Assembly: GCF_006345805.1 (NCBI RefSeq)
Contig: NC_042998.1
Location: 81,530,001 to 81,594,000 of the forward strand
Source: Octopus sinensis
Lineage: Eukaryota
DNA: 64,000 nucleotides
Direction: 5' to 3'
Below are positions 38,273-50,462 of the stretch, piece by piece. Position 1 is the stretch's first letter, and each line of letters starts with the position of its first letter. Below the pieces are notes generated by a model. It was not told the origin of the DNA and searched no databases. It worked only from the letters and a program-made list of their open reading frames with translations. Made by a program: the position numbers and the translations under genes.

Positions 38273-40240
38273 CTATGCTGTGCCAGTTACTTGATGCAGG
38301 AAATTCTTGCAGGTAGTCCTTGCTGTTAACCATGGGCAAGTATTCACAAACAGCATGAAGTTAAACCAGAGCGAAGTTGCTGTGTATGTAGAGATGTTGT
38401 TGGCGTCATTAATATCAAGGCGACGGTGATGGAGGCGACGTTAAGATGAATGCGACGGAGGTGGAGGTTCGGAATGCTGCTAGTGTTGTTGCTGTAACTA
38501 ACTGTGTCGCTGGAACTGGCTGAGTGCTCTGTGGTCAGTGGTTTAACCTTAGAAGATCTCGAACCAAAGACGAAATACGGTTTGTTGTGACTAGCTTTTA
38601 TAGAGACTAGGAGGCTCCAACAGATAATTTAGAAGACTGTGTCACGGGACCTTATCTGAAGGTTGCGATTGGTTGGTTTGTATATTGGCGCGTAATACAG
38701 CAAAAGACAAATTGCGCCAATACCGACCAATCAGAGTAGTGGACACAACAGGGTCCAAACGGCCGAAGGCTAGCTGTTGTCTTCTACGTCCGTATTTATG
38801 TTATATATGACAGAGAGAGAGAGAGAGAGTGAGAATTTCACTAAGCGTCCGCTACACGTCTTTCCGTACCACGTCTCTTTGACGGAGTGCAGCTTTGGTT
38901 CAAGAAAAGATCAAGAAATTCGAACGCCATACAAGAATGCCGTCAGAGATACCAGCCGGTTAAACAAATATTGGAATGTCAATTTTTTCTCGTTTCCTCA
39001 CGTCCCACGAAAATCAACTTCTTTAAATCTATCGAAATGTTCAAATGGATGTTGATTCAATTAAATGTATCTCTGTTCAAAAAGTGACTCGAGGTTACTG
39101 TAAGAAATTCGTTGTGATAAATATTTTACGATTTGTATTTTCGTTGTGTTTTTGTTGCTTTCCCTTCAATAATTCTCTGGTAAAAAAGGAAAGTAAAAGT
39201 TCATAACTGAGCTTATCTAAATTATCTCTTATGATAAAAGGCAGATTTTCTCTGCCTGTTCCCATGTTTCTTTTAAATACAATTCTACAATATAGAATTT
39301 CTTCAATTGGAATTTACCTATGATTTTTCCAAGTAGATTCGATTGGGTCATGGCATGTAAAGTTTTTTTCAGTTTGACCCACAATTAAGCAAAAATTCGA
39401 GAAAACTCAATATTTTACGATTTGCCTTTCTCATTTCAAGTGCTTCACTCCTTACATTGCCATCACACTTTCTCCTCCTTTCTCTTTGCAAGTGTGCAAC
39501 AATTAAAGTGAAAGTATTTATATAACGGTGATGAGCCATTAATACTGGTCATCCTTTTTGCTAGAGGAAGATCAGCTATGGTCTTATATGCTACACCACT
39601 GGTTTTCAATTCATGTTAATCAAATTAATATTCAATTTTTCACCCTTATTATGTGTGTGTGTGTGTGTGTGTGTGCGTGTATTAGCAATTCGTATAAAAT
39701 TGCATCAATGAATTGAACTTGAATAAGTGGTTTCACATAAATAGGGATAAATTAAAAAGGTTTGTTATTATTATTACTGTTTGACTATTGTAATCACGTT
39801 TGTTGGTTCCTCGTCAGGGAAACGTTGTGTTGCATTTGTTAAATAATTGTAAACCGTAACCCTCCCCTTTTCGGAGAAGGGGCTTTGGTTATTGTTTAAA
39901 AATTGAATTGTGTCCCTGTTTGGGGAAATTGACAATATTTTCACCGTCTTTACGGAAGCATTTTTGTTAAAATGCCTTCGATAGAAGAAAGTCCAAAAAT
40001 GAATTTCGCTGCAGCCGTACACTTCTATACAAGAGGGAGGACAAGATCCAATTGATCGAAATTGCAAGAGACGGGCCTACAATTTCAGTCTGTTATATAT
40101 TTTGAGTATTGTTATTACTAGCGATATCAAGATATAACTTTGTATTTTGTATTTTATGTGTAGATGTATATATATAGATGTACATGTAATATGTACACAT
40201 ATATATACATGCATAATATATCTACCCATACACACATACG

Positions 40241-40276
<36 letters not shown>

Positions 40277-40302
40277 TAGGGGCAGGTGTGTCTGTGTGGT
40301 AA

Positions 40303-42642
40303 CAAACTACGTTCGAAGATACTGTACTTGAGATGGGCGGTAGTGCCTTGCCGGTCTATGGCCTAACTTCAACAAACCGGGAAGGCACAAACACTCTGTC
40401 TTCACATTTGCTGCGTGAGACATGTTTTAATGTTGACGAGCTTGCCGACAATGAGCCAAAGCTCCTTCCAGAACAGAAGTTCGCTTACAACTCCGTTGTT
40501 AATTCTGTCCGGGCCAAAGCTGGGGGGATTTTTTTCCTGGACGCTCGTGGGAGCACTGGGAAAACATTTGTCAACAAATTAATATTGGCTGAGATTAGGT
40601 GAACACAAGGCATTGCCCTAGCTGTGGCATCATCTGGAATTGCGGCTACTTTGTTGCAGGTGGCAGGACAGCTCACTCCACTTTCAAGTTCCCGCTTGAC
40701 TTAGCGAAGACTGAGACACCAACTTGCAACATCAGTAACAGCTCCGATCAGGCAGAAGTCTTCAGATGATGCAAGCTTATCGTTTGGGATGAATGCACGA
40801 TGGCCCACAGAGGTGCTCCTAAGGCAATAGATAGATCTCTCAGAGACATCAAACACTCTTCAGCTCCCATGGGAGGCATAACACTTCTTCTTTAAGGGAA
40901 CTTCCGACAAACACTTCCCTTTATTCCCAAAGGGACTAGAGCTGATGCCGTAAGTGCGTGTCTTAAGTCATCCACATTGTGGCTCAAACTTCACACCAAT
41001 ATGCGTGCTCATATGCGACGTGATATAACATCAGCAGCATTTTCTCACACCCTCCTTGCACTTGGCGAAAGCAAAATACCAGGGGATGAAAATGGTAATA
41101 TTGCCATCGATTCCATTTGTACCATTGTTAAAACGCCTTCTGATCTCAGAGATGCAGTGTTCCCAGATCTACAAGCTAATTATCAGAATATGGATTGGGT
41201 TGGCCAAAGGGCTATTCTGGCCCCGAGGAATAAAACTGTTCACCATATTAATGATGAAATGCTAAAACTCATTCCTGGGGATGTCTATGTATATAAGTCT
41301 ATCGATATAACTCCTGACCCAGAGGACGTCATCAACTATCCAATAGAGGTACTCAATTCCTTTGAGACCCCGGACTACCACCACACATTCTCAAACTTAA
41401 AGTTGGTGCCCCTATAATGCTCATTAGAAATTTGGTTCCCCCAAAACAATGCAATGGCACACGTTTGATCGTTAAGTCTTTATCTCCCAATCTGATTGAG
41501 GCCACCATTATCACAGGGTGCGGTCGAGGCAACGTTGTGCTCATACCTAGGATGCATCTTTTCCCATCAGGAGTAGACCTACCTTTCATATTTCGGAGGT
41601 CCCGGTTCCCAGTAAGGCCATGTTTCGCAATGTCAATTAACAAAGCGCAGGGTCAAACACTGTCTGTGTCGGAAATACATTTGGGAGAGCCATGTTTCTC
41701 TCATGGTCAGCTTTATGTTGCCTGCTCGCGTGTCGGCAGCAACAGTGATGATTTCGCATTCGTTCCACAACGAAAAACAAAAAACATTGTGTACAAGGAG
41801 GTTTTATAGGATTACTACGTTTCATCATTTTCGAGCACGTTAGTATTTCACTTACGACTCTCTTTTATGATGGCATTTACATTTTTAGGCGTTTCATGGT
41901 TAATTCACACTTTTAGGTTAATTCACACTTAACCAACACCTGTCCTTCGCTCACCTCTATTTCTATCCATTCATCATCAAACCACCAGCCTCATCTTCTA
42001 TATCCAACGTACATGACACATCTACCCCCTACATCTACACTCTCACTGTTAAAGTTTACATAAGCGACAACACGATCGCAACATACACTTTCGAAACTAA
42101 GCAACAGATCATTTTATACAACAACAAATTTAATCATAACGCCCATCAATGAAAACATCTCCACCACTGTGTTGTGATTCATCTATTCAGCACCACTACA
42201 GTCTTGCCGGTCTGACATATGGTGAGTAGATGCTATTGTTCTATATTTTATAAATTACCCATATTTACTTACCCATGCTTCATTCCCCTCTTGCCTACAT
42301 AGGGCATCCATTCTCTTTTAACACAGCATGAAGTTTTGTAACAGCACATCCGCTGCCGTTCGTGGAAAACGAAGAGACCCAATTCACCTGCGAACGTTTT
42401 ACACCGCCTTCCACGACTATCAAATTCTTACAATTATAAGAACAATAACATCGCATTCAATTCTTACACCATTCTACGAGGGCGTAGGAACCCCTTTACA
42501 CGGCTTTCTATACACTTACAAATACATTCATTCGCCGTAAACTTATATCAATATTTGCCTGAATAATCATCATAATTCAGTGCAATCATTAACAGTACTT
42601 TCAAGCAATTCAGCCCCGAGCATCGCCGGGCAATTCTGCTAG
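40303..42642 (+). mobile_element. 5'-truncated Helitron with pseudogenised Pif1-family helicase (40333-41809)
   Basis: FFLDARGSTGKTF (Walker A), [61 protein letters not shown] and [13 protein letters not shown], with stops and frameshifts. 3' hairpin gccccg...cgggc (42613-42631) is followed by CTAG|T at 42639-42643. Confidence 0.93.
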
Positions 42643-43363
42643 TTTTATATAAAGATTTTGATAATCCTAAAAATTGCAACAAAAAACGCTATCGAAAAAT
42701 AAATTAACATTATTACATAAATGATGTTATTGGCTAAAAGATACGGATCCATCCCTATACTATGATGTAATATCAACGACTGTAACGTTAAACTCAATTT
42801 GTTGGTTATATGATAAATTATACAGCTGAAGAGGAATGTTTTTGTTATTTTATTAACGTAGGGTTTAAGATTATTCATCTATTAGAAATTTAATAACTGA
42901 GAGCAAGATCGGAAGTACACAAACAATTTAGGAAAATATAACAAAACAGTAATTACCAAGGTGAGGCATACAATTAACAAACAATGCGCCTTTGACTGGA
43001 CACAGATGGAAACTGGCAAGTCAAAATAGAGATCGGAATAATGAGAGAGTGAAAGTAGAAATTTTGTAATTGGTGTGGGTAAAACGCTCCCAAATCATAA
43101 GTATCTGGTGTGCTAGCAACAAGGCTATTTAAAATTGTTGTCACTGTTTACTAATTCATCTCATTAGATATGCTAGCAAGTGGAAGTGTACGAAACACTA
43201 GGCAACATATCAATCATGGCTTACAAACGTTGGTTGTGTAACAGCATTGAATATCATCTTGCTAATTGAATAATGACATATTGAATGGCATGCTTCAAAC
43301 TTTCAAACTGTTGAAAATTGAAACTAATTATATAAACACCACACATGTTTGAATGTATAACTA

Positions 43364-43409
<46 letters not shown>

Positions 43410-43547
43410 TTATACACATTATATAGATACATGGAGATATATATACACGCATTATATATATATATATATATAATATATATATGTATATATATATAAATAT
43501 ATTTACATATGTGTGTGTACATATATATGTGGGTGTATTTTGTGTGC

Positions 43548-43584
<37 letters not shown>

Positions 43585-44512
43585 TGTGTGTGATAGAAAT
43601 AAGGAATATATATTGTATACCAACTACTGCTGGAGTAATGCTTATATGTGTCATATGTTATTGTGGAAATATTTTTGATAAATATCTGATTTCGAAACAC
43701 AATGGAAATAATACATACATAAATACATCTGTGTATTTATCTATGTATGTATACCCTCTCACACACAAACACATTAGTATGTATGTATACATGAATGCAT
43801 GTACGCCTGAATGCATGCATGTATGTATGTATGTATTTGAATCCACAAATAATAGAAAATTAATTAGAATTCCTGTCCTAATACACTTAGAGAAATGGAG
43901 ATTTGATATTTTATTAATAAATCCTGCATGCAGTTGATAATTGACTTTATTTATCATATATAATATGTATTTACTAGTATTGAAGCAAAGCCTGGTTATC
44001 GCTCGTAATAGAAATGATTATAAGAGTAGGAAAAGGAGAACACACATTCACTCACTCACTAACACACACACACACACATGCGCGGGTGCGCTGATATTTT
44101 TTTATTTAAATGGATTTGCCATTACATATCCAGGTATAATCCCCGTACATTTTTCTCTCAATTCTTCCCTCTTCTCCTTCCTTCTTCCTCTTTTCAGCGT
44201 CTCCCCTTCTTCTCCCTCATCTCATGGACGTCATTCCTCTCCATATTTTTTTGTTGAGCTGGCTGTTCTCTTATTTATTCATCCTGATTGCTTTTATTTT
44301 TTTGGGTTACATTTACAAAATATTCATTTCGAAACATACACTAGCTGCACAAATTCCCTACTAATTCTAAACACCTTCCACTTTCATACACACACACACA
44401 CATATATACATGTATATATATATGTACATATGTGTGTGTATATATATATACATATGTATATGTATATTTATATATGTATATATATATATATATGTATCTG
44501 TATATGTATATG

Positions 44513-44544
<32 letters not shown>

Positions 44545-44547
<3 letters not shown>

Positions 44548-44764
44548 TACTTGTTTCAGTCATTTGACTGCGGCCATGCTGGAGCACCGCCTTTTAGAGT
44601 GGTGAAAGAGTACAGCAGGGATCACCACCATCCCCTGCCGGAGCCTCGTGGAGCTTTTAGGTGTTTTCGCTCAATAAACACACACAACGCCCGGTCTGGG
44701 AATCGAAACCGCGATCCTCCGACCGCAAGTCCGCTGCCCTAACCACTGGGCCATTGCGCCTCCA
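44545..44764 (-). mobile_element. Chimeric or deleted SINE: family C head joined to family B tail
   Basis: 44598-44764 matches family C. 44545-44597 (cttgtttcagtcatttgactgcggccatgctggagcaccgcc) matches the family B 3' end. Confidence 0.7.
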
Positions 44765-44829
44765 CTATACATATATATATATATGTACATATATATGTGT
44801 GTGTGTATGTATGCGTGTGAATATATATA

Positions 44830-47800
44830 TATATATATATATACTTTTTTTTGAAAGTCTATTAGGATTGCTTACTACAGTTTTTATGTTAAGTGTAGAG
44901 GTGATCTTTTTTAAAAATTATGAGACAACAAATATTATGAGGATGTTGCTAATCTTTTTTGAGAAGGTTTTGTCTAGTTTGTGAACGCTTTCGTTAAACC
45001 TTTTCAACACACGTGCTCTTAAAGAGGCAGTTGTTATTTTTGTGATAGTGGTAGTATTATTTCCGGTTAATTTTTAGACTTTCGGTTTTGGCCATAAATA
45101 TTCTTTTGCCATTGTTTATTATATGGAGCGTTGGATATTTTCAGTTTAATTTCGGGCTTAGAATTCTTATAAAGTAATCTTATTTTACCTTTCATAGTTT
45201 TCAAAGTTTATTTTGTGAAATGGTAATATTTAAAATTTTCCATTTGGACAGATATATAGATTTTCACGGCATGAGACATTCCTAAGAGATAAAACCCTAA
45301 TTCTATGCTCAATTACACGTCTGCTCAGCTTCCCTCCTTTCTCCCCAATGTAGTTTTCATTGCACTGTGGGCATGTGATGCAGTAGTCTGCAATTCATGT
45401 TTGCATTCACTTTTAATTCCTCCCCATTCTTGAGTCTTTGGTTGTCCCTTGCTCAATTAATTCGCATGTGCCACAACGGGGGTTTCCACATTTGGTTACA
45501 TGCATCGTTTCTTTTTCAAATGTTAACTTCGCCTTTGTTAGGAGTCTCTTGATGTTAGGAGGTTGTCTTCGATTGTTGATAAGTTGTGATGTTTTAATTA
45601 TTCGTTGGGTATTTGGTGATTGATGTAGAATTGAGAGGTACCATTAGGCTGAATGTCGGATGTTGTGATTTCTAGGACTGTGGGTGACTATAAGCGGAGC
45701 AATTGTATTTGTATTTTTATTTTCACATCTAGCCTGAGTGTTTCTCCGTAAGGTAGAAATCGGGATGTCCTTTGTTTTTGTTGAGATAGTTTTGTTTCTG
45801 AAGGAATATATTAAGTTCCGCCAGTCGTTTCTCTCGTGACTATTGAGTATATGCACCTTGTCATATTAAGTGGTATGTTCCTTTTTGTATGGGAAGAGTT
45901 GCAAGATCTAAAATCTAAATATTGGTACGTGTCTGTGTTCTAGTAGTAGAGGTCAGTTGTAACTGCTTCATTCACTTTAATTATCAGGATGTCTAGAAAG
46001 GGGAGTTTCTTTTCATTCATTTCCATATTGAATTGGATTGAGACCTGAATGCTATTTATTAATTAAAAAAAAAATTTAAGGTCCTCTTTATTTCGGTTCC
46101 AGAATTTAAAGCAGTCATTTAAGAATATTTTCCAGTTTCCTATGAGATAGGTTTGGAAGTGGTGGTCAAAAGTAGTTCTGGATAGGGTGTAGATTATTTC
46201 CCCTAGGAATCCCATAACTAGTGTGGCAAATATTGGTGCGACTTTCGTCCTCATCGCAGTGCCTTGTATTTGTAGATAATATTGATTATCAAAGAAGTAG
46301 TTATTTTCCAGTACTATCTGAAAACCTTCATGTATAACTTCTTTTGAGAATCTCTCCTGAATTCTTTTTGGGTACTTGTTTATCCAGAATTCTACTGCGT
46401 CTAGTTCATATATATGGGGAATATTTGTGTAGAATAGATACGTCAAAGCTAACTAGTACTACCTCTTTATCTACCCGTTCTGGGACATAGTTTAAGAAGT
46501 CCATGACATCTATGACGAAATTAGGAACTAATCGACATAAAGGTTTTAAAATTATATCCAACAAGTTAGTTAATCTTTGTATGCTGAATGCTGGTTTTGC
46601 AAAAATCGGACGCAATTTGAGATTAGTTAGTTTAGGATTCTTTCTATATGGAGTATGGACGTCTTTTAAGCTTTTGATGATCTGTCTGTATTTATGAATT
46701 TTAGAAAGTCTGTAAAACTTGTTTGTTTTCTCTTCAAAATTGGTGAAGTAATCCAACTTCTCTTTTGTTAAGTCATTCTTGAATTTGTTGGTAAATTTGC
46801 CAATTTTTCTCATAGATCGTTTATCAGCATTGCTATCTAGTTTTCTGTTGAATTGCTGGTCATTGAGTTGTTCTAAGACCATTTCCCTGTAATGGGCCTT
46901 GTCCATTATTACAATAGTTCTTCCTTTGTCAGCTTTAATGACTATAAATTAGCCTTCTTATAATGTTTTTTTTGTTTCTCATCTGTAATATTCTTTTTTA
47001 CAGGGTTTGCTGGAATGTATGAGTTAGCAGATCTTTTCAGACATACATATTCCTCCAAGTGTTTGTTTCTGATTGTCGGAGGTATAAAACTGTTTCGTTC
47101 TGCCAAGCGATGGATCATCGTTGTGATTGTTTCGAAAGAAGTCCTGTAGGTGAAATTATTCTGCAAAATTCCTCGGTATCTTTTATGTTGTGCTGTGTTC
47201 GATTTAGGAGTGGGTGTGAATTTTAAATCGTATTGTAGAATTTTTATTCCACCTTCCATAAGATTCTGTTGTGAGAAGTTGATTATGTTGGGGTCAGTTG
47301 GTCCAATATTTTCTTGGCTTTTTGTATCATTACTGTTTGCTTTCGTTTTTGTTCGGAGATCTTGTTCCGTAAAAAATGGAGTGAGTCATTGCTACCTTGT
47401 CTCTCAGTCATTCCGTTATGTCTGAAGAGATCTGCCCGGTTGTTGCACCATCTGTCATGATATTTTCGTCTGCTTTTAGGATTGTTGTGTTTTAAAAACG
47501 GGAGAGATTTATTAGTACTAAGTCTCTTAGTCATTTCATTATAGGTTTCCGGTTCAAGGATATCTCTCTCCTTACCACCAGTCATAGAGGTCTCTGTAAA
47601 AGCATGTATACTGCGTTCCCACCGAATAAAGGCTAATCGTACTTCATTTGAAAAATGACTTTCCAAAATGTTTCTAATGTTTCATTGTTGTCTATCTTGG
47701 GTTTTATGTTACTCTGTACCTTGCTATAGACTTTTCGAGAATGGATTACCAAAACATGATTTTTAATATACAGTTTATTTTCCTGAATGCGTTCTGTAGA

Positions 47801-47890
47801 GTTTACAACTATAACGACGTAAATATTCTTGTTTTATGTATTTAAGTTTTTGTAGTTTTGTTTGTTAATTGTTTCTACTGGATTTAATCA
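44830..47890 (-). mobile_element. Decayed Penelope-like element (RT plus GIY-YIG), Neptune-like
   Basis: Minus-strand fragments LKFTPTP, KADKG, LKLRPI, LVSFDVS.L, QIQGTAM.TK.AP, FLNDCF (from FLDD), LPFLDI, a KC-x2-PRC-x-TC Zn-linker and YCITCPQCNENYIGE (GIY-YIG). Confidence 0.92.
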
Positions 47891-47898
47891 TCTGATGG

Positions 47899-47953
<55 letters not shown>

Positions 47954-47960
<7 letters not shown>

Positions 47961-48470
47961 AATGTAGGATAAAATTTTTTCGAAAAAATTTTATCAATGC
48001 CCAGCATATTAAAAAATACCTTTAAAAGTTAAAATTATAAACAATTCATAAATAAGGGCAAACGAAATAATTTCTAATGCCAAATATGCCGAAAAATTGG
48101 ACATATTGTCCATTAACCATATAAGTTTTCACAATACGCACGCTACCCGAAAAACGGTGGACAGAAATTCCTTTAAAATTCCATAATTACCATATCGGAC
48201 CGATTTCAGGGTTAGCTTATAACAGCCCTCCCTTCGTCAGTGATACATGTGGCAAAAGAAATAAATGAGATACTTACTCATACCCATGGAAGAAGCAAAC
48301 ACTAAGTCTTGAGCACAATTAAGTACCCCAAATACATCCAAAATAGAAATACTCTAGCCCATTCGAGACACGTGCGATTTGAACTAATGCTCTCACAGAG
48401 TTAAAGAGTCCGGAAGTGAACACTTAAATTTATATCTAATGTAGGATAAAATATTTTCGAAAAAAATTCT
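47954..48470 (-). mobile_element. 477-bp hammerhead-containing unit with ~35-bp terminal redundancy, inside (TA)n
   Basis: tatctaatgtaggataaaat.ttttcgaaaaaatt occurs at both ends. The terminal region is similar to the 16.6-kb unit. Confidence 0.8.
48188..48245 (-). ncRNA. Type I hammerhead ribozyme
   Basis: UAUCA-CUGACGA-AGGG-[18 nt]-CCCU-GAAA-UCGGUCCGA-UA-UGGUA. Intact core and all three stems. Confidence 0.85.
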
Positions 48471-48493
48471 TTTCCCCAAAAATTTTATTTATG

Positions 48494-48576
<83 letters not shown>

Positions 48577-48577
<1 letters not shown>

Positions 48578-48766
48578 AAGGCAGGATTTGCCGACATATA
48601 ATAGATAATCAGGAAAGCACATAAATGCAGAGAATGGATCTTCTACGTAGCGAATCAAGTAAAATACCTCAGGTGACTGTATATAACAATGATAGATAAA
48701 TTAACTCATTTATGTGCATTTATGTGCTTTTCTGGTTATCTATTCTATGTCGGCAACTCCTGCCTT
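48577..48766. repeat. Fold-back element with ~53-bp inverted arms next to (TA)n
   Basis: aaaggcaggatttgccgaca...cacataaatgca versus tgcatttatgtg...tgtcggcaactcctgccttt. Confidence 0.8.
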
Positions 48767-50073
48767 TTGTAACAATATAATGTTTATTTAATCCCAAGCG
48801 GTTTATTATGATGAGTATGTAAGCATATAGGAAATTGCTTAACTGGATAATGGATTTGCTTATCATAATGTTTTGATCTATCTCCCTTTATAACACTGAA
48901 AGAACTCATTAATCTGTGTTGGCTTGCAAGAAAGGGTCTCTTAAATGTATGCCTAAATTTAATGGGAAACTCAGCGGTTAGTTGTAAATATTTTAGTAAA
49001 CTGCTGAGACAGGTTTTGTTGGATTACCCTTTTCAGCTGCTATGGAGTATTGCCAAATTCCCAGCAGCAGCAGCAGGGTCTAGATTTGCTTTTACTAATA
49101 ACCTATGGTGACATTACTATTGTCGACATTATCGACATTTTTACTGTTATGCCTATCGGTAATAGCAATGTCTATCCCTATTAAAGTCATTATCATTATT
49201 ATCACTATTTTAAGCATCACTCCCAAAGAGATTTTGACATTCATCTTTTTCAGATCCAATGTATTTTTGTATTGAATAGGAGGTAGAAAATTTGATCTAT
49301 CTATTAGTTGTTCATTGTTTAGTTCATGTCATATTAGCGAATATTTTTCCAGTGTGAAACACCGGTCAATTGCTTGACGCTGATGCTTTTACGATCTAGA
49401 AACAGATTCGGCGTACTTTTAGATGCATTCCAATCTCTTTCATTATCTCATTACCACTCGATCACTGTTGAGCGATATTTTTCTTTTGTAACACCAGGTA
49501 TTGAAAACATAATTGGCTTATCCATAGCCTGCCATTTGATTTCTTTTAGTATTTCTTCTTTCGAATCGAACACATAAAATATACAAAATGTTCATTTTGA
49601 GAAATTCCTCAGAAAATTTAAAAATTGAAGTTGGGTTTTGGTAATCATGTTCGGGTGGTGGGTGCATTCGGAAAAGAGATACTACATTTTTTAGTTTGGC
49701 TCCTTATGTTCGAAGTTCAAACATTATAGAGTTCAACTTTACCTTTTAATCGCCACCCTACGGGGCTGATAAAATATAGTAATTAACGAAGTATTGGAAA
49801 TAATAGAATCGTTTTGCCCTCGAACCAAAATTCCATTACTGTGCATTCTGAACTCAATTCAGCCCGAGGTCAGTTTTACTATTTCATCCTTTCGAGGTTG
49901 ACAAAATAAAGCTATCATTCATGTTCTGAAGTCGATAGTAAGGAATAATCACCTTTAAGAATTACTGGTCTTGTGCCTATGTTGGTAGCTCCTGCAGAAT
50001 GGATGCCTGTTACAACAGAGTGGATAAGATTAACACGAAACGAAGTATTTTGTTCGAGATTATGAACATATAT

Positions 50074-50462
50074 AGGCGTAGGGTGGCTGTGTGGTAAGTA
50101 TCTTGCTAACCAGCCACATGGTACTGGGTTCAGTCCCACTGCGTGGCACTTTGGGCAAACGCATTCTACTATAGCCTCAAGCCGACCAAAGCCTTGTGAG
50201 TCGATTTGGTAGACGGAATCTGAAAGAAGCCCGTCGTATATATATAGATATATGTTTGTGTGTCTGTGTTTGTACCCCACCATTGCTTGGCAGCCGATGT
50301 TTGTGTCTTTACGTCCCCTTCACATAGCGCTTCGGCAATAAGTGAGCGACAGAACAAGTATTGGGCTTACAAAGAATAAGTCATGGGGTCGATTTGTTCG
50401 ACCAAAGGCGATGCTCCAGCATGGCCGCAGTCAAATGACAAACAAATAAAAGAATAAAAGAG
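50074..50462 (+). mobile_element. SINE family B, full length
   Basis: Head ggcgtagggtggctgtgtggtaag...gggttcagtccc and tail (aaagaata)n. Confidence 0.88.

Noticed and set aside
37714-38810. Possible non-autonomous Helitron on the minus strand (TC start near 38810, internal 46-bp duplication)
   Set aside because: No convincing 3' hairpin plus CTRR end and no coding remnant recognised.
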